The notes under the pieces were generated by a model. The model saw only the letters and a list, made by a program, of their open reading frames with translations. It made no database searches and was not told the origin of the DNA. A stretch of DNA of 40,699 bases from assembly GCA_000320545.1 (NCBI GenBank), contig ADNK01001564.1:1-40699 (forward strand), written 5' to 3'. Origin of the DNA: Bigelowiella natans CCMP2755 (taxonomy: Eukaryota; Protista; Cercozoa). A program made the translations under genes and the position numbers. Every line of letters begins with the position of its first letter. Within the stretch, counting starts at the first letter, position 1. Positions 1-12,818 of this stretch are shown here, one piece after another.

Positions 1-914
1 AGGGCGGCAAGCAGCAGCAGCTACCACCAGCAGCGGCAGCTCCAAGCTACAGGAAGACAAGGGATTCTTGTTCGTAAAGCCGCATGCTGTTGGGGAGAAA
101 GTCGTGTCGCTTGTACGCGCTCGAATTAGGGACTGGGGGATGCGAATAGTTGACGAGGGCGAAAATTCAAGGTGTGTGTCTGTCTACAGTATTGCAGGGG
201 TATTTTCTTGTCTCGTTGACCCATGTGTGTTTGCATGCGCGCGTCTGTTGTCAGGGGCAGATATAGCGGCGAGGAGATTGATCGATCGGCACTACTTCTC
301 GATTGCAAACAAAGCGGTATGAGAGAATTTGAACAATAAACACTTTCTATCTATTCGCGAGAATTGCGCGCCGTAGAAGAGGCCAAATCGATGAAGGAGA
401 GTGTAAAAGCTGATAATAGATTTGTATGGCTGTGGTACGTGTAACACGTGTGCGTGTGTGCGCTGAACACGTATATCCAGTTGATTCGGAGTCCCAAAGA
501 CTTATACCCCGACAACGCACGGCTTGAAGGGTTTCGCGGCAAGTTCGGTCTAGAGTGGAATGACGTCATCGCCCAAGGACATGTTCATAACTCTAAGCAA
601 GCGGCAGAGCACCTAGGAATATCTGACAACGAAGTTAGGAAATCATCTTCGCGTGCAAAACATACGATTCTTTTGAACGATAGATTTGCTTTGGGGGCGG
701 AACTTTGCTGCCAAATACAGCAGCAAAGTGACAACTCGAAAGGAAGGAAGGAAGGGGGGTAGTAGAAATAAGGAGTGGAGGGGCGATTGATGTTCTAGAG
801 CATTGAGTAGTTTCATTTCATGTTTCGGACAGGTGTCAAAGCTATGGAACAGCGCGAAGGAAAAGGGGGAAATTGTGAAAATGGGGTACTCGTACAAGAA
901 GAGAAAGAAGAAGA

Positions 915-978
<64 letters not shown>

Positions 979-1037
979 TGTGTGTGTCGTAGGTGGGGGG
1001 TTGGTGTGTGCCAACTTGCGGATGACAAATAATATAT

Positions 1038-1068
<31 letters not shown>

Positions 1069-1904
1069 AAGCTCAAACATGCATCTCATGAAACACACCA
1101 TTTTTTTTAAAACTGGAGCCAATCACTGAATTGAACAAATTCTGCCTACAAACTAGGGGCGGCTTCTACGTGGCACGACTATGGGAGGGTGGGGCAGATA
1201 GCGAAGCAATGCTGAAAACATCAGAACTTACTGGCAGCAACCGGCGTGTCTTTAGCCCTGGAGACTTTGAATCTCTGCCGGTGGAGATCGAGTATAAGGG
1301 AAAGCTGCACGAAATCACCTCTATGGATTGTTTATTGCCGTGTGGGAATGAATCACAGGTTCGGCCTTGTATGCTGCCTCGATTTCAATGCTGATGGCTC
1401 CGGCGACTCTCGTTCACGTTTTTATCTTCCTTTCGTATGCACGCCACGTGTAGCCGCCATTATTACTTTCCACTTGTGTCGCTGATGCTGTTCTAACTGC
1501 TGCCGACAGCTCATCTCCGCTGCTGGTAAGGGGAACATTGAAGACCTCAAAACGGCGCTTAAATACGCCGATGTCGGTTTTTAAAAAAAAAAAATTGGGT
1601 AGATAGACGGGTGGGGGAGAGGGGGGGTGGGCGATTACATTTCACGTTATAGATCTTTTCGGATGTGTTTGTGGGTGATTTTTAGATTGAAAGCTGCGAC
1701 CCAGAAGGTAGAACGGCGCTGTATTCCGCCTGTGCCAATGGGCATGTGGAGGCTGTTTCGGAGCTTTTGAGCGCTGGGGCCAATGCAAGGGCTGCCAATT
1801 CGCAGGGCGTTTCCCCGATGTACATCGCCGTGCAGAATCAGCATTTGGCTGTCGTTGAGCGGTAGGAACTCGGTTTCGCGCGTGTGTGTGCTTTTACTGC
1901 AACG

Positions 1905-1941
<37 letters not shown>

Positions 1942-2179
1942 GTGTGTTGTTGGGTAATGTGTTTGCTTGAAATGCAAATCGGTGAATATTTGTCCTGTTA
2001 TTGCGGCTGTCGCCACCGTGTGATATATTGTATCTTTATGTGTCTTGTGTTTCTTCGATTAGTTTGCTCGAGGCCGGGGTTGATCCGAACGTAGCTACCA
2101 TAGACTCTGGTTAGGCTTTAGAACATGCTCACTTGCAATTTTGCGAGAATGATAACTCTATCTCTGTCTCTCCCCACCC

Positions 2180-2223
<44 letters not shown>

Positions 2224-3106
2224 CAACCTTTATTGTTCTTCTCTTCTTCGGTATACTTGTCTTTCGTCTGAACTAGGGACGACGCCTCTTCACTGTGCAG
2301 CCCACAGAGGTGCATCCTACAACCGATTTCGTTATTTGTCAAAGGAGTTTTGGAGAGGGTGAAAAATTGAGATTTGAGTACATTGAGTTCGGGGAAAAAA
2401 AACGCCTTGAAATTAGCACATTCGAAGCTGCGATTCAATTCTATCAAGCATTTCAACTGTTCGGTTTTCAGACAAATGCTCTTCGCTTACTATTCTGTTG
2501 TTACAGGGCTGTTGCGAATATGCAGCATGCTGTGCGCCGCTGGGGCGAATGCAAACGCGATGAGAAACGACTTCGTTCCCCCCCTGTATATGGCAATGCA
2601 GCAAGGTGGGAGGAAATCTAACGCAAGCACATAAATGTTATAGATATGACATTACATGTGTAAGTATGTGTATGAGCCCAAAACTAGGACTGAGGAAGAA
2701 TTCCCTGGTATACACACACATAGGTCATGTTAAATGCATGAAAGTTCTTATCGAGCACGGTGCAAAGCTTCAATGGAAAGTAGAGTCAGAGGTGATATAG
2801 TTGTAAGATACTGCTGATAGCTTTGTCACCAATGGCGCTTTCTCTGTGCGGCGAGTGACTCATTTTCATTTGTCTGAGCAGAAGAAAAGCGATGACGTAT
2901 CGGTTCTGTGTGCTGCCGCTCGTTTTGGCAAATGTGAGGTGGTTAAGCTGCTGGTTGAGAATGGGTACTTCCTCGCCAACAACATGCATACCTTTTGTTT
3001 TCCTTATTCACAGCGTACAATATGTAAAGCCGCATCGTTTGTGTAATGTTTTTCCTAATACCTATGGTACAAAAAAGTGGACTTCTTTATCTCTCTAATT
3101 CCGAAT

Positions 3107-3159
<53 letters not shown>

Positions 3160-3896
3160 CCTTCCCCCTTCTTTTCTGCCTGCTCTGCCTCATATCAAAT
3201 AACGACGGCACAGTGCGAATCCCCACGAGCCGGTTGGCGCCATCAAAGCTTTGCCCTTAAACCTAGCTTCACAGGTGCTGCTCGCTGAAAAGGCTACTAT
3301 CACGCGCAAAGCTTATCCTTTTTCCCCCCCCAAAGCATGGTGTAATGACACACTTTTGCCTCTATTTTAGTTCGGGCACGTCGAGACTGTGCAATATTTG
3401 CTCTCCATTGGAGCTGATCCGACAAGCCCGTGAGAACGAATACAGAAAGAAAGGAAGGGCAGGGGCGGGGGGGCCAAGAAGGCGGAAGTGAAACATATAG
3501 CGAATCAACAATGGTTTTGATGATGATACGAATTGACGATGAAAATAATGATGATATCATCGCCATCATGCATATTCGTCACAGAACATTGGAAGGCCTG
3601 AATCCGCTCATGCTGGCTGCTAAGAATCGCCATCCCGAGGTACTGTACTTCTAGATTCCGTTTCTTTGTGCGCTTCCTTGTCGCCGGTAGTATCGGTTCT
3701 CCCTCTTCAAGTGATTCATTCGCCATCTCCCTGCTCTCCGACTCTGCGCCATTTAGGTTGTGCGTGTGTTGCTGGAAGAAGGAGTTGACCCAGATCTGGT
3801 ATTTAACTAGTGGTTGGTGGGGGGCATAGAGATAATACCATCGCATGCTCCGAGCCAAACGAACTTACTTTGTTGACTGTGCTGCTCTGAACGTTG

Positions 3897-3935
<39 letters not shown>

Positions 3936-4721
3936 TGTGTGTGTGTGTGTCTAAGCGCGATTTTAATCAGTGTGCGTTTGATGTTTGTTTGATGAAGGGC
4001 ACGCCGCCTCCGCTCGCCATAGCTGCTGTGAACGGCGACTTAGAAACGGTCCCCCTATCAATTTCGAAAAGAAGCTCAGCTCCTTCCTGCTATAGTTGTG
4101 CGCTAGAGGGAGGGTGACTTGTAAAGATGGAGAGTCTTTGAACGGTCTTCTTCAACAATCTTCTTTTGATTCGCCATCAGGCTGAGATGCTGCTGGATGC
4201 CGGCGCGGACATTGAGGCAAAGACGAATAGCATGGCAACCTCATTGACTGTCGCCGTTATGGTGGGTTGTTGGGGTTTCGAACGGCGTGTTTTCTTGTGG
4301 CGCTTTGAATTGTCTGGTAAGCATTTCCTCATCCGACGACTTACATATCAGCTCCGCAAGCATGAGATCGTCCATATGCTCTTGGAGAGGGGTGCGGACC
4401 CGAATACGAAGGACGAAAACGGGGATACACCGTACAAGGTATTTGCTTTGCCGCAGCGCGAATATGCATCTATTTTCCCGTACACACAAACACATTATCA
4501 TTTGCGCATGCATTGTAGTGCTTTCATATACACATATGTTCTATGCACCACGCCAGCGGACGTACACATTCCGAGAAGCCTAGAAATATTTGGATTCAAT
4601 TTGTGCGTGTATATGCAACACGTGCGTTTTTCTGTACTGCATTGGTTAGGTTGCAATGAGAAATAAGAATGCCGCTGCAATGGCAATGCTCAGAGATGCG
4701 GGTGCGAATATTAACGCTTAA
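1..4721 (+). CDS. 5'-partial multi-exon gene: N-terminal part of an NDK-like domain followed by multiple ankyrin repeats
   Basis: Spliced exons give GFLFVKPHAV...RRLIDRHYFSIANKA...KFGLEWND...KMGGGFYV, resembling protist NDK-like proteins. Ankyrin motifs follow: GRTALYSACANGHVEAVSELLSAGA, GVSPMYIAVQNQH, GTTPLHCAAHRG, GLNPLMLAAKNRH, LLERGADPNTKDENGDTP. Last exon VAMRNKN...AGANINA ends in TAA at 4719-4721. Confidence 0.85.
915..1068. repeat. Compound intronic microsatellite (CT)n-(GT)n plus (AT)n
   Basis: Directly visible; representative of many similar intronic tracts in the window. Confidence 0.95.
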
Positions 4722-4789
4722 ATGAGACATCATCTGCATACCAATTGTCTATTTCTTTAAGAAATTGTAAGCTTCTTATGATTCTGTTG

Positions 4790-5200
4790 GGACTAGAAAG
4801 CTCAATTACACCAGCTCTATCCCACATGCAACGTTCCGATGTCACATATGCTAGTATGCTGCACGAGCTAGACGAGTGAGCATGCATATCAGATCGAGAG
4901 AGTCGCGTCAAATCTGTCTAGCTGTGTGGTGCGTAGCTGTCAAGTCATACATGTTCCTCCAACGGGGCAAATTATGCACGGATTGTGCACATACATGCGT
5001 CAATGCTTCTCGCTAGATGTGTCTGGCAAGCTAGCTAGCAAGACAATTATGCCCACTATATCTTGCTGTTTTTGCGCGAGAAGGTAGTACCATTTTCGCT
5101 GCACATCTTTCATCGTTATTGGACATGCCTTATACTGGAATGCGTTTGCGTTTACAAATGAGTTGTGTGTGCATCTAGGTTTCTTTCACAGTAGCTAGCG
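4790..5200. repeat. CTAG-enriched intergenic tract between convergent ankyrin and elongase genes
   Basis: About 9 CTAG in ~410 bp. Confidence 0.7.
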
Positions 5201-5561
5201 CAAATGAACACAAAAGTCAATAACAAAGGCACAAAAATATGCTCAATGGTTTTGAACATATCTATGTCTCTGCTCTGAGTCGGAAAGTCATTCAACAAAC
5301 GCTGTCCATTGTTTACTCTTTTTTGGCATAGGTCAGGCTACATCCAAGGCGTGGTGCACAAAGACCAACTGAAACAGTCTCGCAGTGCTCATTGTTGTCA
5401 AATTGATGTTGCCTCTATTATTCACTGAAAGCTAGATTTCCCCAGTGTATATTAAATTAAGCATCTACATGTTTCTACTGCTAAGTTAAGTTCCTTTAAA
5501 TGAGCCATTTCGCCTTGCACCCCATATTGTACACCCAGAGCAGCCACGTCGATCGAGTGCA

Positions 5562-6639
5562 TTATTCAGCTTTTCGCTTTGCTGCCTTATCTTTCTGCTG
5601 GTCATAAATCTCCATGCGATAGAGCACCAAGTATGTTGAGTACAGAATAAACGGAACCCCTTCTGCCACCGCGACAGCAAGTAAACGCTGGCTCTTACTT
5701 TCGAGGGAGTCTCTCTCGCGCGTAGCGTTCTCATGGACCGATGCCATTTTCAGATACATTGCTGTACCTATGAAGTCGTATGAGCAATCTTAGCTTGCAA
5801 CCACACCTACATCCCAACCAAAAATTTTCGGGCTGAGATATAAACCCTTACGGCATCAAAGGCAGCAGGACGTTTGGCACTAGTTGGGAGTCATTGCACT
5901 TGAGCCTAGACATGCAACGTATCTACAATCCCGTACCTGATGCAACCATGCCAAAAACGAGCTGTACGTGGCCCCAGAGACGCAAAAATGCGAATACCCA
6001 CGGCGCTCTAAGGCCTCCGAAATATGCATAGAGAAACACGTGCATAATGACATTTGCCAGCATGAACAAGTAGCCGCTCAGTGTTCGGTACTGTAAGAAG
6101 CACCAGGCGAGGGTCAATGTCGTTGTGTGGTGGACGCTGAAGTGGGGGTGGATAGCAACGCCCATCAGCATGACAAGCACCAAATCCACGAATTCCCATA
6201 TTTTCGAGTAGTAGTACACGAGGAAGGCAGTCGCTGTGACTTCTCTCGGAAGAGGGTCGATGAAGTCGCTTGCCTAATTCAAGTTCGGAACGTAAAAACA
6301 GATTGACTGAAGGGAAATATGGGCATATGACCTGCCAGGTTTGCCATAGATTTGTCTTGTGAAGAACGAAGAGAGCGTAGCAGAGGAATGCACAATTCGC
6401 AGCTGAGTATGCGTTGTTAGTGCACCAGGCCAACGATGATGCTTTCGTCCATTGTAATCCTGGGGTTATGTACAAACCAGTGTGCGTTCCATTAAGCACG
6501 TCCTTCTATCTTCCTCTTCGTTGTTTTACTAACCTGTCAGCCTCAGAAGAATCTGAGCGAGAATAAAGGCAGAAGTGATACCCACAAGGCTCGAAAACGA
6601 CGTCAGTGGAGGATAGACTGCTTCACCTCCATCTTCCAT
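5562..6639 (-). CDS. GNS1/SUR4 (ELO) family fatty-acid elongase-like membrane protein, 4 coding exons
   Basis: Motifs YYYSKIWEFVD, His-box HPHFSVHH and NVIMHVFLYAYF. C-terminal KRKAE resembles a KxKxx ER-retrieval signal. GT-AG introns join in frame from the ATG at 6639. Confidence 0.85.
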
Positions 6640-6648
6640 CTCCTGAAT

Positions 6649-6652
6649 CACA

Positions 6653-6725
<73 letters not shown>

Positions 6726-6729
6726 ACAG
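6649..6729. repeat. (CA)n microsatellite, probably in a 5'UTR intron of the elongase gene
   Basis: ~80 bp CA repeat; on the minus strand it is followed by TTCAG|GAG ATG. Confidence 0.9.
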
Positions 6730-7011
6730 TGACATCTCAATGCCCCATTATCACCGAGAGAACGACCCTACGTTCTGGTACGAAATCAGCCCATTCTAAC
6801 CCCTCAACTCCCCTATCTGCCTGATGCACAACCATTGAACTGTTGAAATTCCGCACAGCTGCCGTGCGACTAGATGCGCGCGCGCGCGCCGCATCCGAAA
6901 CAAACGGTCGCAAGGAGTTTGACCGACCTGTTGGTGGGGCCTCGGGTCGGAAGGAGGCCTTCGGTAAAAAGGAGAACGCCGTTGTTTTTATCAGAAATGA
7001 GAAATATTCGT

Positions 7012-7019
7012 TGTCGCAG
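7012..7019 (+). promoter_or_regulatory. Candidate promoter motif TGTCGCAG upstream of rbfA
   Basis: The same oriented motif recurs upstream of six genes. Confidence 0.5.
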
Positions 7020-7079
7020 GGTAAGAAACGAAAGTACCGCTTTCTTGTCTCTCTTCTCACAACCTGAGGAGGACAAGCA

Positions 7080-8304
7080 ATGGAGGTCGGCCGGTCCCAG
7101 ACCCAAAGTAGGGTACTAGGGCTACAGATAGCATTCCTCCTTCTCGCCCTTCCTGCCGAAAGTTCGACGGTTAAAATACAACCCAATCGTCTAGCAAATA
7201 TTGGATCGCAAAAAGGGTTTGGGCTCACCATGAGGGGGAGGGGGAGGAGGAGAAGGACAGGTAGGAACAGCCTCCTTCACACACAAGCAATGATGAAGTT
7301 TGGAACTGCGAATCGATTGGTGCCCGGTGGTTTTAGTGGGATAAATCTTCATGGAAATATTGTTTTTCCGCCTTCTTCGCTCTCCTCAACTCGGCGCACA
7401 GTATCATGCGGTGCAGACCCGAGAAGGATTGGACGGGTAGGAAGGGAAATTCAGGTATTCTTTGAGACGCTGCAACCTTAATGCTGAGTTGTTAAGGATC
7501 ACGATAAATTCGAACATTACTAGCACTTCTTAGTCTTCGTGGAGGGAGCATGTCCCCATTTTTCTAATTTAGTTTCACCTCCCTTGCCATCTTTAACAAG
7601 AATTTCCTCCTCATCAGCGCGAGATGGGGGACCTGCTCGTAAACGATAGGAACGTAAGTTATTTACTGACGGTTTTCCCAAAATATTTTCAATGGGAACA
7701 ACGGAGGAGATGAAATAAAGAACGGTTCATCTTCGCATAAGCGTGTTTTAGTTAATGTCCTTTTTACCACGGAAGGTACTGGCCGCGATCGACCCGAAAT
7801 ACGACGATGACGACATCCGAAACATGACTATTGCGAGTGTTACTGAGGTAAAAATAACAGAGAAATTTCCAACTTATACTGCACAAGTACCTTCCTTTAC
7901 AGAAATATTTATGGCGAGCCTTTGATGAGTCGTGAAGCTCAAAAGATTTTGCTATTCTCAATTTCGTATAGCAGACTAGTAATGAACGAGAGGATTCGTA
8001 TTCAACGGGAGATTTTCTTCGCCTTACACACAAAAACTGCTGGCCATGGTACTCTTACCTTCACAGGTTCAAATGTCTCGGGATCTCTCCGTGGCGAAGC
8101 TGTATTTGATGTTTTCTGGTGGGACGAAGAAGAGCTATCAGCCGATTCTTGATCGACTGAATGCAAAGAAAGGCTACATTCGAAGGGTACTAGTGCATGT
8201 TACTCTTAGTAGCAGCAGCAGCTTTTGCAAATAGAAATGGCTAAGACACGGTCTCATTTTTCCTTTTCACCCCCATCTCCTATTTTTCCTCCTTCTCTCC
8301 CCTC

Positions 8305-8346
<42 letters not shown>

Positions 8347-9052
8347 TGCTACCTCACATTGCACCTTCACAGACATAAACGTTCATCATATATTTACATT
8401 TATATATATTATATATAATATCATTTAAATATACGACTACAATGATCAGGTCGTATCGCAGCGCTTAAATCTTCGGAGATCACCTGAGTTGGTTTTCTAT
8501 GAGGTAAATAGATTTAACCCCCCCCCCCCCCCTTCTTTCTCAATGTGTGTGTGTGTGTGTGTGTGTCACTGAGAGCCTTCGTACCATCAAACCTCCATTT
8601 CCCCCCTCCTTGCCTAATCAGGACAACACGCTAAATGAGGCTGATGAGATGAAGCGCATTATGGCCGTTCTACGAGAAGATCGGGAATTTCGCGGTAGTT
8701 GTTATACAATGAGCGCTGTTGAAAATACCTTGAATTGAAATCCATCCATCGAGTCGGGCCTGGGTGATTGACGTTCCCTGTGCAGCTTGATATTGCCTTC
8801 TTTCATTGCGATTCCCTGCGATATTGCCTTATTTTAACACTTCTTTCATCGCGATTTCCTGCCCATTTTCAGCTCATGTTGTGTGCGTTTGTGTGAGTGT
8901 GCATGTGCATGTGCATGTGTGTGTTTGTGTGTATGAATAGATACAGAATTGATGGTTCTTTTTATTTTGACATCCCAGAGAAGCAATTGGCTGAGCAAGG
9001 AACTAACATGGACGAATTCCTCAATTCATCGTCGCCGCCATCGTCTTCATAA
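7080..9052 (+). CDS. rbfA: Plastid-targeted ribosome-binding factor A
   Basis: Exons give ADPRRIGRVGREIQREMGDLL...ASVTEVQMSRDLSVAKLY...KGYIRRVVSQRLNLRRSPELVFYEDNTL, which matches RbfA. The N-terminus has a hydrophobic signal peptide (LGLQIAFLLLALPAES) followed by a basic transit-like region. Confidence 0.88.
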
Positions 9053-9235
9053 TGACTTCGATAATGACACACATGAAGAGACCCGTTGGTGGATCATCCC
9101 CGCGCGGGCAAGGAGTCTTTTGTTGTGCTAAGATGTACTATTCTACTGATGACAACCATAATAAGCGAAATATCGCCGAGTTCTTGCCCGTGGGGCCAAT
9201 ATAAAACACAACGTTAAACCTTTTTTTTTTTGTGT

Positions 9236-9312
<77 letters not shown>

Positions 9313-9489
9313 TTATAGAAAGTTATTGTGGCCATGCGTGCGCTTTGTAGTATCTCGCTTGCCTTGGACCATGCATGTGATCAAGGGCAATCATTGTGCA
9401 GCACGCGACAATACGTCTTATGACAACAACGTTTCCCAGACGTTATTTCCTCGTCAAGACATGTTAGTTGTACATGCGCACGCCCGACG

Positions 9490-10010
9490 CACATCTAGAC
9501 ATGTGAGCTCGTCGTACGCTCTAGCTAGCTAGCTCTGTAAATCGAGCTAAACGATGCACACAGCAGTCATATAGCAGCGGAGCACGTAGCGTAACCTAAA
9601 CCGCAATCTAGCAATGTAACTGACTAGCTGATGCCCTTTTATAGCCCTGCTAGCTGTTGCAATGTGCACATTGTGCGGTCGTCTAGCTAGCTAGCCCTAG
9701 CTAGCTAGAGCTATATCTAGATATATAGATGCCGCATAGCTAGATAGATCTAGAGATCATGCTAGCATCTAGGCATCACTGCGTCTAGGCTGCTCTGACC
9801 ACGCTACTGCTCTAGTGCTGTGCTAGCTAGGCGCGTCGCGCATTGTGCACGCACATACGATGTATAACTAAGCTTGTAAGCCTTAGGAGCATCTTTATGA
9901 GCGCATGAGCATGCGCGCAGCAGCAAAACAACAGGCAGAGATCGATGCGCATTGCATACCAATTTTTACGTGATCATGGCATCCTAGCTAGCTAGCATGG
10001 CCTAGATGTC
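9490..10010. repeat. CTAG/GCTA-dense intergenic tract between convergent rbfA and HPT
   Basis: About 25 CTAG in ~520 bp, including (CTAG)n runs; also rich in TGCA/CATG. Confidence 0.85.
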
Positions 10011-10252
10011 TAAACATTCTGCAAAATGCTCATGCAATGATGAATATGAATGATGAATATGGAGGCGATTCCATGGATTTCTCACTACCATTAAGTAAAT
10101 ACGATCTTGCGATGTTTGGTGATTTACACCCACAGCCAGCGTTAGATCGTATACAAGGCTATGTACATAGCCATTAGAGGCTATTCCTATTTGTGCTTCA
10201 GATGCGGAACTACTATACCTTTGTGAAGTGTTGATTCGGTCTTTATTCTTCA

Positions 10253-10539
10253 TCATCGAAGGAGCGGAAGAGTGAAGTAGCTTAGATAAAACATTTTCCA
10301 CAGATGCATGTAATACCTAATGCGGAGATTACAACAGGCGAGAAAATAGAGAGACTAAACCGATGCTTGCTTCCTGCTTTTAAATATACGACTGAGAGGC
10401 TCTCTACTCCGGAGGCAGAGGAAGCTAATCATGTAGCTTCGCGTAATCACCTTTTCGCAGTGGCACTCCATTTTCTTCATTTTTGTTTTCAAAAAAGTCA
10501 TTTTGTGTACATATTTTAAGGTCCTAGTAAAACCAATAC

Positions 10540-10573
<34 letters not shown>

Positions 10574-10855
10574 TACTCACTTGTATGAATCCTCCGGTTT
10601 TTTCGCATCCACATCCTGTCTCTCTCGCCTTATGCTCTCCGCAGCTGTTGTCAGTATATGAAGGAGAGGAGTTGTAATGGCTGATATTAGGTTCCCAATC
10701 CCAACCCCCGCTCCGCCCCTCCTGCTCTTCCGACCTCTCCCGGGAACAACGGATAGATATTATTTGTGGGTAGGCCGCGGCGAGACGTAAATCATTCTGC
10801 TAATACTGCTATGTTTGCATTTATTCCATGGTATTAATATATCATATTCTGCGCG

Positions 10856-10901
<46 letters not shown>

Positions 10902-11813
10902 CTCTTTTTCGATATGGCCACGCTTTTAGAGCATGGCTGACGCTCGCCTTCATACCTAACACAGCGAGTCCAGCAGCTAGAAACCTAATGAGGAGGGGGG
11001 GGGGAATCAGTGGGAGGGTTCTTGTGTAATACGAGGTAAGATCGGCGTGTTTACCTGCCATTCGAGGTCGCCATTCCACCACCTCCCCCGAACAACAGTA
11101 CACCTACGAATACCAGCATTCGAGTCTGAGCGTATTGCTTATTCGTGCGGATTAAAGGCTTTGAGTAGGATTCTCAGCAAAGAAATCAGCGTGCGACGTG
11201 GTAACACAGGGTTCCTATCATTCCGATGGTGTTCTACTTAAACTCTCAGCATCGTTCGTTGTTTTCAAAATTCTCACTATTTTGTCACATGCTGACAGCG
11301 CGGAGACAGTTGTTACTGCTGCCGGCTGCCCTAGTTTATTTACTTTCTAAGAGCCTCCTTTAACGAGCTTTTATATCATCATTAGCATAATCACCATCGT
11401 CGCCACCATCATCATTATCATCATCATCATCATCATCATCATCATCGTGCACTTGCTCTTCACGCATTCGAATTCGCACGGGAAGAGGAATACATAACCT
11501 GCAGCAGCGAGATGGACGCTACTCAGAAGCCACTGCGCCAACGCCAACACTTTATCTTGCCCCTGACCACCAAACAACACGAGGCTTGAGGAGATGGTCT
11601 ACGGACACTTTGCGGGAATACTCATGCGATTGAGCGCTTTTCAAGGCGTATCGCAACGAGAGAGAATAGAAAGTAGGAAGAGGGCAGTATTCTGTTCAGT
11701 AGCATCATGCTCGCTTCTCTTGTGCGGGCAAGGAATGACTCCACATCTGACCAAGCGGACGGAGAAGCTACGGATGCCGTGTCCTTCATCTCTGCTCACA
11801 CACACGCACACAC

Positions 11814-11856
<43 letters not shown>

Positions 11857-12173
11857 GTACAGGTAACGTTAGAACATTCCATGACGACGCAAAACCAAGG
11901 GAGGTTTGCTGCCATCCATCAAACTCACAACAGAGGGCGTTTAAAGCTAAGACCACTATTGTTTTTTTCTTCTTCTTCTTCTTCTTCTCTTCTCTTCGTT
12001 CTCTTTCATATCGTCTGCTATCGTCGTGAAACTACAACACTGGCTCTCATCGCATCCGTTAGGCCTCCTCCTCATAAACAGGCATACCCTTTGACGTCGG
12101 GCACATCTTTAGCCAGAGCAATCACCACGCCGTATACCTATCCAAACCGAGCCAGTTTATGGCAAAATTAGCA

Positions 12174-12216
<43 letters not shown>

Positions 12217-12783
12217 CTGCGGCAATGAGGGGATCTTGATAGCAAAAAGCAAGAGCAGGAGAAGAAAGGAGGAGGAGGGAAGGAAGAGGCAAAGATCGGC
12301 AACCATAGCGTACACGCATGACTTCTGATGTGTTTAGTGGCAAAAGAATAACTCTGCAGGGTCTTTGAGGATGTATACCGTGTAGAAAGCTGCTATCAAC
12401 GTGACCTTGAGTGGAAGATCTGATGACGATATGTGAGTGAATGATGATGATGATGATGATGATGATGGTGATGATGATGCAGTTGGTGTAAATGACGATT
12501 AGAATAACAACGATGATGCTATGAACGAATACAGTAGCATCAATGTGTAGACGACGTCACCAGGGATAGGCACAGATGTGGCAACATCAGAAGACAGCTT
12601 TATGAAGGCGTGGGCAGCGAATCCCCAGTTGATCACGAACCCACGCACCGCGCTGAAGAAACGTAACGAATGCGAATATATGCAAACAAACACAATCAAT
12701 TATTCTAACACACCACACCGTACACACACACACACGCACACACACGCACACATTCGCACATACAAGCACGAACAAATTATATA

Positions 12784-12818
<35 letters not shown>

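Noticed and set aside
643-1129. ORF-track entries rich in CVCV, HTHT, YIYI, SLSL or ERER, here and throughout the window
   Set aside because: They are translations of intronic microsatellites, not proteins.
8941-8978. Micro-exon plus 24-nt intron in the rbfA 3' end, leading into ORF 8949-9131
   Set aside because: Direct splicing to the acceptor at ~8978 gives a simpler in-frame ending; there is no independent support.
9490-10010. CRISPR array or satellite interpretation of the CTAG tracts
   Set aside because: No constant repeat unit or regular spacing, and the context is eukaryotic.
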